Assembly (NCBI GenBank): GCA_965219455.1
Contig: OZ244744.1
Span: forward strand, 3,200,001 to 3,264,000
DNA: 64,000 bases
Origin: Candidatus Latescibacterota bacterium
Lineage (GTDB): Bacteria > Latescibacterota > UBA2968 > GCA-2709665
Direction: 5' to 3'
Under the pieces are notes generated by a model, which saw only the letters and a list, made by a program, of their open reading frames with translations, searched no databases and had not been told where the DNA came from. The stretch's first letter is position 1. Each line of letters begins with the position of its first letter. Positions 10,497 through 20,305 of the stretch are shown here, in pieces. A program made the position numbers and the translations under genes.

Positions 10497-11078
10497 CTAA
10501 AACGATTCGGCCCGCGTAACGGCTGTCTCAAACTGCATCTTATCCACAATTGCCCCGCGCAGGTACGCCTCGTACAGGAATGCGCCATTCAAATTGGCGC
10601 CCCGCAAATCCGTTCCCCTGAAATCCGTCGCGCCCACCACCGCCGCTTCCAGGTCGGCGTTCTTGAAAGTCGTCGGCCGCCCAGAGGGATTCGGGAACGA
10701 TGCATGCACCACACCCAGGCGAACGCGCTTCAGACTCGCGCGCGTGAAATTCGCGCCTCCGAGTACCGCTCCCGAAAGAAACGCGTCGTCCATCATAGCG
10801 CCCGCAAGGTTCGCGCCCAGCAGATCCGCGGAGACCAGATACGCCCCGTTCATTTTCGCTCCACTGAGGTCCGCTCCCTTCATGCTCGCGTTGTGAAACC
10901 TCGTCTCCAGGAGTGTTGCGTCTCTGAAACTGGCGTTGTCCAGCTTCGCGTCTGAAAAATCGACGCCGGAGAGATCCTCTCCTTCAAAAGCAACCCCCGT
11001 CAGATCTTCTCCCGACAGATCCCCGGTTGTTTTCGCCCTGGCTATCAACGCTTCCCTGTCGTGGAACGCGGCGCCCAT
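10497..11078 (-). CDS. Pentapeptide repeat protein
   Basis: Tandem A(D/N)LxG-type pentapeptides; the stop codon abuts the moaA ATG. Confidence 0.9.
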   Translation of the reverse strand: MGAAFHDREALIARAKTTGDLSGEDLTGVAFEGEDLSGVDFSDAKLDNASFRDATLLETRFHNASMKGADLSGAKMNGAYLVSADLLGANLAGAMMDDAFLSGAVLGGANFTRASLKRVRLGVVHASFPNPSGRPTTFKNADLEAAVVGATDFRGTDLRGANLNGAFLYEAYLRGAIVDKMQFETAVTRAESF

Positions 11079-11102
11079 CCGTTACCCCTCTATGCATGTG
11101 GT

Positions 11103-11123
11103 CAGTGGACAGTGATCAGTGGC
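11103..11123. repeat. Short heptamer tandem repeat (CAGTGNN)x3
   Basis: cagtgga cagtgat cagtggc, just upstream of the pentapeptide gene. Confidence 0.45.
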
Positions 11124-11167
11124 CGGTAAGAATCCGTTAACGTTTTAAACAAGCGATGTCAATTCTC

Positions 11168-11191
11168 GTAGGGGCGACTCGTGAGTCGCCC
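11168..11191 (+). repeat. GTAG-family REP element
   Basis: GTAG followed by the gggcgactc-gt-gagtcgccc palindrome. Confidence 0.7.
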
Positions 11192-11266
11192 AAGTGTCGC
11201 GTTTTGCGACATCGGTGGCGTGGGAGCCTTTTTCGTGCTAATCCATTCAGCAGCGATTCTTGTCGA

Positions 11267-11294
11267 AATATACCAAACTTCCCACGGGGGTCAA
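11267..11294 (-). promoter_or_regulatory. Putative sigma70 promoter for pentapeptide gene-moaA
   Basis: TTGACC-N16-TATATT. Confidence 0.45.
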
Positions 11295-11422
11295 CCCATA
11301 TCACCGGAGTCTGAAATTGGAGACCTCCGGACCGTCCTGCATGGCAAGCCCTCTCCGAACCGACTGTCCCATACGGCACACGCGCACACCGGGCTGCAAG
11401 GCCCCGCAATTTCGATACGCGA

Positions 11423-12703
11423 TCAATCCACGACGATCGTCTCCTTGCGGTCCGGTCCCACGGATACCATGGCAATGGGGGTGTGGCTCAACTCCTGAAT
11501 TCTGTCCAGGTACCTTTTAGCGTTCTCCGGCAGGTTCTCCCATCGCCGCACGTCGCTGGTGGGGGCTCGCCAACCCGGCATCGTTTCGTACACCGGCTGA
11601 CATTCCGCCAGCACCTTCACGTCGCTCGGGAAATGTTCCAACCGCGTTCCACGGTAAATATAGTGCGTGCAGATCCGGATCTCTTCCAGGGGATCCAGTA
11701 TGTCCAGCCTGGTCACCGCGATTCCGGACAGTCCGTTCACCCGCGCGGCGAACCTCAGGATCACGGCATCCAGCCAGCCGCACCGCCTCGGACGGCCCGT
11801 GGTCGCCCCGTACTCGTGTCCGATTTCCCGAATCCGATCTCCCATAGCGCCGGTCAGTTCGGTGGGAAATGCTCCATTGCCCACTCGCGTCGTATACGCC
11901 TTCACGACCCCGACGACCTCGGAAATCCGGGTGGGCCCGATACCGGCGCCCGTGCACGCGCCGCCTGCCGTCGTATTCGAAGACGTCACAAATGGATACG
12001 TCCCATGATCGATATCCAGCAACGTGCCCTGAGATCCTTCAAACAGGACGTCCTTGCCCGCGTCGATCATATCGTTGAGGTAAACGGACGTATCCGTCAC
12101 GAAGGGCGCCAGACGCTCGCCGAACGCCATATAAGCCTCGATGATCGGCGTCGCATCCAGCCCGTCCCGCCCGTACACGTTTTTTAGTATCTCATTCTTC
12201 TGCCGCACGTTTTCCCGTACCTTGCCAGGGAGCGCGTCAGCATCGAACAGGTCTCCCACGCGAATGCCGGAAGACCGATTGACCTTGTCCTGGTAGCACG
12301 GTCCGATGCCCCGCAGCGTGGTTCCGATCGCGTCCGCCCCTAGCCTTGCCTCGCTGGCCTGTTCGACGCGTTTGTGATACGGCATGACCAGGTGGGTATT
12401 CGGACTCACAAACAGCCGGTTCGCGATGGAAACGCCCTTCGACTCCAGTTCTTCCACCTCCTGGAAGAGCGCCTCAGGATCCAGCACCACCCCGTTGCCG
12501 ATCACACAGGTCTTATCGGGATGAACAATCCCGGCGGGAATGAGGTGAAACACGAATTCCAGATCGCCCGCCTTGATGGTATGCCCCGCATTGGCGCCCC
12601 CCTGGTACCTCACCACGACGTCCGAGTCCGCCGTCATGTAATCCACCACCTTGGCTTTGCCTTCATCTCCCCACTGTGCGCCCAGCACAATGCGCACGGA
12701 CAT
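11423..12703 (-). CDS. purA: Adenylosuccinate synthetase
   Basis: GAQWGDEGK, QGGANAGHT, GATTGRPRRCGWLD. Confidence 0.98.
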   Translation of the reverse strand: MSVRIVLGAQWGDEGKAKVVDYMTADSDVVVRYQGGANAGHTIKAGDLEFVFHLIPAGIVHPDKTCVIGNGVVLDPEALFQEVEELESKGVSIANRLFVSPNTHLVMPYHKRVEQASEARLGADAIGTTLRGIGPCYQDKVNRSSGIRVGDLFDADALPGKVRENVRQKNEILKNVYGRDGLDATPIIEAYMAFGERLAPFVTDTSVYLNDMIDAGKDVLFEGSQGTLLDIDHGTYPFVTSSNTTAGGACTGAGIGPTRISEVVGVVKAYTTRVGNGAFPTELTGAMGDRIREIGHEYGATTGRPRRCGWLDAVILRFAARVNGLSGIAVTRLDILDPLEEIRICTHYIYRGTRLEHFPSDVKVLAECQPVYETMPGWRAPTSDVRRWENLPENAKRYLDRIQELSHTPIAMVSVGPDRKETIVVD

Positions 12704-12721
12704 GATCTATCTCCTCAAAAA

Positions 12722-12756
12722 CAGCTGTCAGCCGTCAGCCATCAGCCGTCAGCTAA
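12722..12756. repeat. Heptamer tandem repeat (CAGCNNT)x5
   Basis: cagctgt cagccgt cagccat cagccgt cagctaa, immediately upstream of the purA RBS. Confidence 0.75.
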
Positions 12757-12812
12757 ACCAGGTTAACGATACGGCGTGGCGATGTCCGTTCGCCATATCC
12801 GCGCCCGGACGC

Positions 12813-12837
12813 GGGCAACCACAAGGGTTGCCGCAAC
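12813..12837 (-). repeat. Degenerate GTAG-family REP element
   Basis: ggcaacc-acaag-ggttgcc palindrome. Confidence 0.5.
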
Positions 12838-13006
12838 AAAATCAAATGCGGCGATTGGCGGTACAACCGCAAATCCGTGGGGTGAACCGTCAAGGTCAAC
12901 CACACGCCCGTCCGGTCGTGTGGGGGCTTTTCCGCGCTCATCCATGCAGCAACTTGGTACGGAATCGCTCCAATGGCCTCAGGGCAACGGCGTCGTTTGG
13001 TTCGCT

Positions 13007-13095
13007 TGAGGCGATTCGCGGAAAAGCAGCCCCGCGGCGTCTGAGCGGCGCCCTTCTTTTTCGTCCTTTTTCTTGGGCGAAGCAAGAAAAAGGAC
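13007..13095 (-). repeat. Dispersed ~90-bp hairpin repeat, copy A
   Basis: Reverse complement matches 26635-26720; 13-bp stem with 7-nt loop at 13063-13095. Confidence 0.85.
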
Positions 13096-13147
13096 ATTGG
13101 AAAAGGGGACGTTGTTGTAAGGGGGAGATTCTATGCCGCTTCGTTTT

Positions 13148-14734
13148 CTAAAACTTCGCCTTCCTTACCCACAGAAACCGGGGTGACTCCGCAATACGGT
13201 TCAGCACGGCATCCGATGCCGGCAAATCCAGGCTGATTACCATGATGGCCTGCCCGCCCCGGTTGTCTCGCCCCAGCGCCATATCGGCGATATTGAGTTC
13301 CTCCTCGGCCAGCAGCGAACCGATCCAGCCCACCACGCCGGGGACGTCCCGGTTGCAGCAGAACAGCATGTCGCCTTCCAGTTTGGCCTTCACCTCGAAC
13401 CGGTCGATTCGCACGACCCGCGCGTCGCTACTGCCGAATACGGTGGCCGATATCGAGGTTCTTCCCGCCGACGTTTCGTAATCCACCGTCATCAGATTGG
13501 TGTAGTCCTTGTGGGCGCTGCTCCGTGTCTCGTCTATCTTCACCCCGCGTTTTTGCGCGAATAGAGGGGCGTTCACGTACGTCACGAGTTCATCCGTCAG
13601 ATTGGTAATGGCCCCCTTCAGGACCGCAGCCGTCATGGGTGACGTTGCAAATTTCAACATATCTCCGTGATACTCGATAGCGATTCGACGGAGACTGCCC
13701 CGGCTCAACTGAGCCTGCAACGCACCCACCTTCTCGGCCAGCAGCAGATACGGGCGGACGTCCTCGTAAAGCGACGGATCCACCGTAGGCATATTCACCG
13801 CACGCTGGGCAGGCCTGTCCATCAGGACCTCCAGGACATCCTGCGCGATCTGGCGCGCCACGCGCTCCTGCGCCTCCAGGGTTGAAGCGGCCAGATGCGG
13901 CGTGCAGATCACCTCGCGCCGCCGAAGGAGCGGATGATCCTTCGGCGGAGGCTCCTGCTCGTATACGTCCAGCGCCGCTCCGACCACCCTGCCCGTTCCG
14001 ATCGCGTTCAGGAGCGCCGCCTCATCGACCAGCCCGCCCCGCGCGCAGTTGAGAATGCGTACGCCGGGCTTACATTTCTCCAGTGACGCCGCCGAAATCA
14101 GATGCCGCGTGGCCTCCATCAACGGCGTATGGAGCGTAATATAGTCCGACGCCGCGTATATCTCTTCCAGAGTCGTCAGCCTCACCTGGAATCTGGACGC
14201 CATCTCGTCGGAGAGAAAGGGATCGTAACCCAGGGTCGTCATCCCCAGAGCCGTGGCCAGGCGGGCGACATGCTGTCCCACCCGCCCCACGCCGATAATT
14301 CCCAGCACCTTCCCGTTCAACTCCACACCGGTATAGGACTTCCGTTCCCACGCCCCACGCTTCAGCGAAGCGGTCGCCTGAGGAATGTTGCGGCTCAGCG
14401 CCAGCAACATCCCCACCGTATGCTCGGCCGTGGCAATCGTATTTCCTCCGGGCGAATGCACCACCACCACGCCCCGCTCCGTCGCGACGCCGATGTCGAT
14501 GTTGTCCACACCGACTCCCGCGCGGCCCACCACGCGCAGCCGGTGCGCCACAGCCAGCAACTCCCGGTTCACCTGGGTTTCACTTCGAATAATCAGCCCG
14601 TCATAGGGGCCGATTATTCGCGCCAGCGCTTCCGGCGAAAGCCCTGTCCGGACGTCCACCCGGACATCCGGGGCATCCTCGAACACGTTTTGCCAGCCAC
14701 GAGACAACGTATCTGCGATCAGAACCCGCTTCAT
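13148..14734 (-). CDS. serA: D-3-phosphoglycerate dehydrogenase (type I, with ASB and ACT domains)
   Basis: GRAGVGVDNID, GVGRVG, NCARGG, TPHLAAST, C-terminal ACT domain. Confidence 0.95.
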   Translation of the reverse strand: MKRVLIADTLSRGWQNVFEDAPDVRVDVRTGLSPEALARIIGPYDGLIIRSETQVNRELLAVAHRLRVVGRAGVGVDNIDIGVATERGVVVVHSPGGNTIATAEHTVGMLLALSRNIPQATASLKRGAWERKSYTGVELNGKVLGIIGVGRVGQHVARLATALGMTTLGYDPFLSDEMASRFQVRLTTLEEIYAASDYITLHTPLMEATRHLISAASLEKCKPGVRILNCARGGLVDEAALLNAIGTGRVVGAALDVYEQEPPPKDHPLLRRREVICTPHLAASTLEAQERVARQIAQDVLEVLMDRPAQRAVNMPTVDPSLYEDVRPYLLLAEKVGALQAQLSRGSLRRIAIEYHGDMLKFATSPMTAAVLKGAITNLTDELVTYVNAPLFAQKRGVKIDETRSSAHKDYTNLMTVDYETSAGRTSISATVFGSSDARVVRIDRFEVKAKLEGDMLFCCNRDVPGVVGWIGSLLAEEELNIADMALGRDNRGGQAIMVISLDLPASDAVLNRIAESPRFLWVRKAKF

Positions 14735-14752
14735 GATTCTCTGTCTGAAAAG

Positions 14753-14787
14753 AAGCTGTCAGCAATCAGCTTTCAGCGGTCAGACCA
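14753..14787. repeat. Heptamer tandem repeat (CAGCNNT)x~5
   Basis: aagctgt cagcaat cagcttt cagcggt cagacca, upstream of the serA start. Confidence 0.65.
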
Positions 14788-14916
14788 CCCATCCCTCAAC
14801 CAGTCAAAGCTCCGGCGGAATGGACTGACCGTTGAATGCCAAGCATTTATCGCATAAAGGTTTGCACGTCTGTCAGGGCCGCAATTTTATTTCTTTACGG
14901 TGTCCCGTGGGCATGT

Positions 14917-16056
14917 TTACTCATTTGCGTTAAGTACGCTTTGCGCGGCCTTTACACCCGCACCCGCGTCAAAAATCCATCCGGTCTTCTGCAGACCGGA
15001 TTCAAACGCCGACACAGCCTCCAGAATACCTGCATCGTCCACGTGTCCCAGATTGGATATCCGCACCATACGGCCCCTGTAATCTCCCAGCCCGCCGCCG
15101 ACCACGACGCCGAATTCTCGCCGCATGCATTCCATTAACGCGAGGCCATCCACATTTTCGGGCAGGACAATCGCGGTCAGCGCGTTCGAAGGCCGCCGCG
15201 CGAAACAGGTCAGTCCAAGCGCCGCCGCCGATCGCCGCACCGCCATCGCATGCCGGGCATGCCGCGCCCAGACCTGCGGGATGCCCTCCTCCCTGAGCAT
15301 CTGAAGAGCCGCCCGAAGCCCCGCGAGGAGCGTAACCGGCAGCGTGGCCGGCGCCCGACCCTGGGCCAGCGACGTCCTGTATCGTTCCAGATCCCAGTAG
15401 TACATCGGAAGCCGGCACCGCCCGCGTGCTTTCCAGACTCGTGGCCCCACCGCCGCGAACCCCATCCCGGGAGGCAGCATCAGCCCCTTCTGGGAAGCTG
15501 TTACCGCCAGATCCACGTTCCAGGCCTCGAGCGGCAGAGGGTGTGCCGCCACACTGGAGACCCCGTCGACGACGAGCAGCGCGTCCGTTTCCCTCACGAT
15601 CTCGCCGATCGCGGCTATGTCGTGCAATACCCCGGTGGACGTCTCGCTGTGTGTGGCGAACACGACCCGTATCCCCGGATCGTCCCGGAGGACCTCGGCC
15701 ACGACCCGCGGGTCCACCGCATCGCCCCACGGGAATCTCCGTTCGACCACCTCTACCCCGTAGGCCCGGCAGAGGTCCGTCCACCGTGCGCCGAACTGTC
15801 CCGCCTGCACAACCAGGGCGCGGTCTTCGGCACAGAGGGTATTGGCTACCGCGGCCTCCATCACGCCGGTGCCCGAGCAGGCCAGGACGAACACGTCGAA
15901 AGACGTGGGAAAGACCTCCTTAAGCCCTTCGACCGCATCCCTCAATAGCGCGGGAAAGTCCGGTCCCCGGTGGTAGACCGGCGTTCCGGCCATTGCAGCC
16001 TGCACGCTGTCGGGAATAGGTGTGGGACCCGGTGTAAAAAGCCGTTGCCGCCTCAT
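14917..16056 (-). CDS. Class V PLP aminotransferase (alanine-glyoxylate/serine-pyruvate family)
   Basis: LFTPGPTP, HSETSTG, VDGVSS, SQK PLP lysine; start placed at MRRQRLF. Confidence 0.92.
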   Translation of the reverse strand: MRRQRLFTPGPTPIPDSVQAAMAGTPVYHRGPDFPALLRDAVEGLKEVFPTSFDVFVLACSGTGVMEAAVANTLCAEDRALVVQAGQFGARWTDLCRAYGVEVVERRFPWGDAVDPRVVAEVLRDDPGIRVVFATHSETSTGVLHDIAAIGEIVRETDALLVVDGVSSVAAHPLPLEAWNVDLAVTASQKGLMLPPGMGFAAVGPRVWKARGRCRLPMYYWDLERYRTSLAQGRAPATLPVTLLAGLRAALQMLREEGIPQVWARHARHAMAVRRSAAALGLTCFARRPSNALTAIVLPENVDGLALMECMRREFGVVVGGGLGDYRGRMVRISNLGHVDDAGILEAVSAFESGLQKTGWIFDAGAGVKAAQSVLNANE

Positions 16057-16100
16057 CTCAATGCCCGTGAGAAGAACCGTTTTGTTTGACACTGGCGGGT

Positions 16101-16688
16101 CTATTCTTCGATAACATCCCGAATCCACTTCCAGACATCCTGCCGACCCTGGCCCGACACTGCCGAAAAAGATACGAAATCGAATTCGCCCAGTTGGGAA
16201 AGCAGGTTCCGCGTCCGGTCCAGCCGGGACTTTTGCCGACTTCCCGTGAGCTTATCGGCCTTTGTGGCTACCACCAGAAACGGCCGACCGAACTGCATGA
16301 GCCAGAGGGCCATCTCGACGTCGCGCGCCGTCGGATCGTGGCGGGCATCCATGAGATGCAAGATGCCTCGCAACGACGTCCGTGTCTCCAGATACCGGTT
16401 GACCAGATCGGCCCACTGCCGGCGTTCCTGTTGCCCTCGTTTCGCGTAACCATATCCGGGCAGATCGACGAAATGCAATGTCTCGTTGACCCTGTAGTAG
16501 TTCAGGGTACGCGTCTTTCCGGGCGTTTTGCTGGTGAGGGCCAGTTTTCTGCGGTTCAACAGCCGGTTCAGCAGGGAGGATTTCCCCACGTTCGAGCGGC
16601 CGGCAAACGCAATTTCCGGCAGTCCTTCCACCGGAAGATGGTCCGGATGGGCGACGCTGGTGACAAAATCGGCGGAACGGATTTGCAT
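16101..16688 (-). CDS. engB: Ribosome biogenesis GTPase YsxC/EngB
   Basis: GRSNVGKSS, DLPGYGYA, TKADK; lies downstream of clpX. Confidence 0.95.
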   Translation of the reverse strand: MQIRSADFVTSVAHPDHLPVEGLPEIAFAGRSNVGKSSLLNRLLNRRKLALTSKTPGKTRTLNYYRVNETLHFVDLPGYGYAKRGQQERRQWADLVNRYLETRTSLRGILHLMDARHDPTARDVEMALWLMQFGRPFLVVATKADKLTGSRQKSRLDRTRNLLSQLGEFDFVSFSAVSGQGRQDVWKWIRDVIEE

Positions 16689-16775
16689 AACGGGCAACCG
16701 GGGTTAACCGCAAACACATAGAAAACCGGGGCTATGGACCCCGGTTCCGAAGGCGCACTAAGTGTGAAACTGCGA

Positions 16776-18017
16776 CTATGCGCTCTTTTTCTCTTCGATG
16801 TGAAGCTGGGGTTTGGATCGGCCGGCAACCATCTCCTTTGTGACCACAACCCGCTTTGGGTCCGGATTGGAGGGAATGTCGTACATCAGATCGATCATGA
16901 TATCCTCCAGAACGGATCGCAGCCCCCTGGCGCCCGTTCCCTTCTGCACGGTTCGCCGTACCACCTCGTTCAGGGCCTCATCTTCGAATTCCAGGTCGAC
17001 GCCATCCATTTCGAAGAGTTTCTGGTACTGTTTGGTAATCGCATTCTTCGGCTCTGTCAGAATCTTGTACAACGCCCGCTCGTCGAGATTGTTGAGTGAA
17101 CTGGTGATGGGCAGGCGCCCGACCAGTTCGGGAATGAGGCCGTACTTGATGAGATCCTCCGGTTCCACCTCGGCGAACAACGCGCCCGCGTTCCGTTTTT
17201 CATTGGGACCGTCCTTTGCGCCAAAACCGATCGTCTTTTTTCCGATCCGGTTGCTGATGATCTCTTCCAGGCCGTTGAATGCCCCGCCGCAGATAAACAG
17301 TATATTCCGCGTATTCATCTGGATCAGGGGCTGTTCGGGATGTTTCCGTCCGCCCTTCGGCGGTATGCTGGCGACGGTTCCCTCCAGAATCTTCAGCAGG
17401 GCCTGCTGCACGCCTTCCCCGGATACGTCGCGCGTAATTGATGGGTTGGCCGACTTTCTGGAGACCTTATCCACCTCGTCCAGGTAGAGAATGCCCGTCT
17501 CCGCCTGCGCCACGTCGTAATCGGCCGCCTGCAACAGACGAACCAGGATATTCTCCACGTCTTCGCCCACGTATCCCGCCTCCGTGAGAATCGTCGCGTC
17601 TGCAATGGAAAACGGAACATCCAGGATGCGCGCGAGCGTCTGGGCCAGCAGGGTCTTCCCGGTGCCTGTGGGCCCGACAAGCAGTATATTGCTCTTTTCG
17701 AGTTCGACGTCGTCCGTAATAATCCCGGACCGGATCCGTTTATAGTGATTGTATACGGCAACGGCAAGCGTGCGTTTGGCCGCCTCCTGCCCGATCACGT
17801 AGTCGTCGAGGCTGGCCTTGATCGTTGTCGGTTTGGGCAGCTTCTGCTGGGATGAAACCGGCTTTTGCCTGGCATCCTCCTGCAGCACTTCGTTGCACAG
17901 CTTGACGCAATCGCTGCAAATGTGTACCGAAGTTCCCGTAATGATCTTATCGACCTGGTCGTTGCCCTTGTCGCAAAAGGAGCACCGGACCTCGGCCTTG
18001 GAAATTCGTCGTTTCAT
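16776..18017 (-). CDS. clpX: ATP-dependent Clp protease ATP-binding subunit
   Basis: CSFC/CSDC zinc finger, [27 protein letters not shown] loop. Confidence 0.98.
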   Translation of the reverse strand: MKRRISKAEVRCSFCDKGNDQVDKIITGTSVHICSDCVKLCNEVLQEDARQKPVSSQQKLPKPTTIKASLDDYVIGQEAAKRTLAVAVYNHYKRIRSGIITDDVELEKSNILLVGPTGTGKTLLAQTLARILDVPFSIADATILTEAGYVGEDVENILVRLLQAADYDVAQAETGILYLDEVDKVSRKSANPSITRDVSGEGVQQALLKILEGTVASIPPKGGRKHPEQPLIQMNTRNILFICGGAFNGLEEIISNRIGKKTIGFGAKDGPNEKRNAGALFAEVEPEDLIKYGLIPELVGRLPITSSLNNLDERALYKILTEPKNAITKQYQKLFEMDGVDLEFEDEALNEVVRRTVQKGTGARGLRSVLEDIMIDLMYDIPSNPDPKRVVVTKEMVAGRSKPQLHIEEKKSA

Positions 18018-18078
18018 ATGTCACCCATGATTCCGCGGCGGCTGATTTCCGACGACTTCGTCGCCGCCCCTGCGCGGT

Positions 18079-18693
18079 TTACGCGTCGTCCTCAATCACG
18101 AGACTATCTTCTTTGCTGGGCACCAGCATCTCATCGATCAGACCGTACTCACGTGCTTCATCGGCCGACATAAAGAAGTCCCGGTCGGCATCTTTCGCGA
18201 CTCGTTCGATCGGTTGTCCGGTCTGCTCCGCCAGAATCTCGTTGAGCCGGTCCCGCCATTGGAGAATCTCCTTGGCGTGGCGTTCCACGTCCGAAGCCTG
18301 TCCACCCGCGCCGCCGATTGGCTGATGGACCAGAATACGGGAATTCGGCAACGCGTACCGCTGTCCCCGGGTGCCTCCCGCGAGCAACACGGCCGCGATG
18401 CTGAACGCCTGTCCCACGCACACCGTTTCGACTTCGTTGGGCACGTATTGCATGGTATCGTAAATGGCCAGTCCCGCCGTAATGCTGCCACCGGGCGAAT
18501 TGATGTACAGCCGAATCGACTTGTCGGGTGAGTCCGAACTGCAGAACAGCATCTGCGCAATCACCAGGTTCGCGATGGTGTCGTTAATGGGAAACCCTAT
18601 AAAAATAATATTGTCCGCGAGAAGACGCGAGAAAATATCGTAGGACCGTTCGCCGCGCCCCGTCTGCTCCAATACCATGGGTACGAGTGCCAT
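18079..18693 (-). CDS. clpP: ATP-dependent Clp protease proteolytic subunit
   Basis: [16 protein letters not shown]; catalytic Ser (QAFSI), His (HQP) and Asp (DRD) present. Confidence 0.97.
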   Translation of the reverse strand: MALVPMVLEQTGRGERSYDIFSRLLADNIIFIGFPINDTIANLVIAQMLFCSSDSPDKSIRLYINSPGGSITAGLAIYDTMQYVPNEVETVCVGQAFSIAAVLLAGGTRGQRYALPNSRILVHQPIGGAGGQASDVERHAKEILQWRDRLNEILAEQTGQPIERVAKDADRDFFMSADEAREYGLIDEMLVPSKEDSLVIEDDA

Positions 18694-18733
18694 AAGCGTC
18701 TATTCTCCCTCACTTTCCGATCCCGGATCCATG

Positions 18734-20053
18734 TCATGGGCCATCCGATTTTGCCTCCACGTCTTCAATTTCAGCATGTTGAATCAGAAAATCGAACGTC
18801 TTTTCAGTCAGCAGGTTCGATTCGATTCTCTCGACCTGATCCGACCGCTTCAGTATCTGGCGGAGTTGCTCGCGTTCGGTATTGTATCGACGCGCCATGC
18901 CGTCGAGGTGACGGTCCATCTCCGCCTCTTCCACCACCAGGCCTTCCTGCTTGTGAATCGCCTCCAATAGTAAATGACGCTTCAACCCGCGAATGGTGCC
19001 CTCCCGGCTTTCCCGGCGAAACGCCTCTTCATCGATATCGTGATCGTGTCCTTCGTGTTCCTTCTTGTGGTCTTCCAGCAACGTGCCCAGAGCGTTCTCG
19101 ACCATAATCTCAGGCAGATCAAAATCGTTGCTTCGAATCAGTTCGTCCACAATGTGGCCTTCAAGGTAGCGCCGGGAGCCGAAATCGGCCTGCTCCTGGA
19201 GATCCGTCCGAATTCGAGCCCTGAGTTCGTCCAGCGACGCGAACTGACCCTGGTCCCTGGCGAATTCATCGTCCAATTCCGGCAGCTTGCGTTCCCGGAC
19301 CTCCCTGGCGGAAAACATCATGCGAATCTCCCCGCCCTCCTGATGTTGTAAACCGTGAGCGTGAGCGCCGGGTTCGACTTCCTCCGTATGAGTCAGCCGA
19401 ATCTGCCGGGTTTCGCCCGTGGAAATGCCCACCAGCTGGTTGTCGAGGTCGTGATTGGCATTCCTGCCACCAATATGAATCGGGCGTTCTTCCTGTTTGC
19501 GACCGATAATCGGCAGCCCGTTCTCATCCAGTTCCTGAAGATCCGCAACGACAACATCGCCCGATTCGGCAGGCCGGTCGACTTTCTGCTCCGTGGCGTT
19601 CTGTTCCCGCACACGCTGGAGTTGCTCCTCTACATCGGCGTCGGCGACTTCGAATACGGGGCGAGTTGTTTTCACGCCCTTGTAGTCCTGCACCTGGATC
19701 TCCGGCTTTACATCCACGGAAGCCTTGAACTTCAGCGGCTGCCCTTCCTCGTAGCTGACGTCTTCGATGGCGGCTTCCGCGATCGGCGTCAACCCCTCGG
19801 CTTTGCTGGCCTCCCGGTAGTACTCCTGCATCGCCTCCTGCAGAACCTCGCCCTGAATCATCTTGCCAAACCGCTTTTTGACCAGATTCACAGGGATTTT
19901 TCCTTTGCGAAAACCGGGTAAATTCAACGATTTACTGTAATTCTTATAGGCAGTCTCGATTCGTGCGCGCACATCTTCGCCGGGTACCTCGACCTCGAGC
20001 GTCCTGCGCCACGTATCCGGCTCTGAAACGGTTACCTTCATGACGTTCGGCAT
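18734..20053 (-). CDS. tig: Trigger factor
   Basis: PGFRKGK ribosome-binding motif, LPELDDEFA; tig-clpP-clpX synteny. Confidence 0.95.
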   Translation of the reverse strand: MPNVMKVTVSEPDTWRRTLEVEVPGEDVRARIETAYKNYSKSLNLPGFRKGKIPVNLVKKRFGKMIQGEVLQEAMQEYYREASKAEGLTPIAEAAIEDVSYEEGQPLKFKASVDVKPEIQVQDYKGVKTTRPVFEVADADVEEQLQRVREQNATEQKVDRPAESGDVVVADLQELDENGLPIIGRKQEERPIHIGGRNANHDLDNQLVGISTGETRQIRLTHTEEVEPGAHAHGLQHQEGGEIRMMFSAREVRERKLPELDDEFARDQGQFASLDELRARIRTDLQEQADFGSRRYLEGHIVDELIRSNDFDLPEIMVENALGTLLEDHKKEHEGHDHDIDEEAFRRESREGTIRGLKRHLLLEAIHKQEGLVVEEAEMDRHLDGMARRYNTEREQLRQILKRSDQVERIESNLLTEKTFDFLIQHAEIEDVEAKSDGP

Positions 20054-20106
20054 CCTTCCAATGCGTCGATGTTTTCAAAGTAACTCTCTGAACGATCCAA
20101 GCGCAA

Positions 20107-20135
20107 ATGATACATAAATGCAGCGGAATTGTCAA
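20107..20135 (-). promoter_or_regulatory. Putative sigma70 promoter of tig-clpP-clpX
   Basis: TTGACA-N17-TATCAT. Confidence 0.6.
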
Positions 20136-20305
20136 TCCGTTTGCCGCAACTCCGGTGTGGCGCAGTGAAGAACATGCTCTCCCGGATCCGAAACTTACCG
20201 TGGTGAGATGTACGGCCCTGTTCACGACGCGAATTGACGCTGGCCCTAAAAAAAATCCGGACACAACTCCTGCCCGGATCGGTTCGACGTCTGTGGGCGG
20301 TATTG

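Noticed and set aside
11080-11420. Possible Moco riboswitch upstream of moaA
   Set aside because: The hairpins are explained by REP-like palindromes; no recognisable riboswitch consensus by eye
12753-13097. 114-aa ORF sharing FFLLRPRKR with ORF 26513-26752
   Set aside because: The similarity comes from the non-coding hairpin repeat
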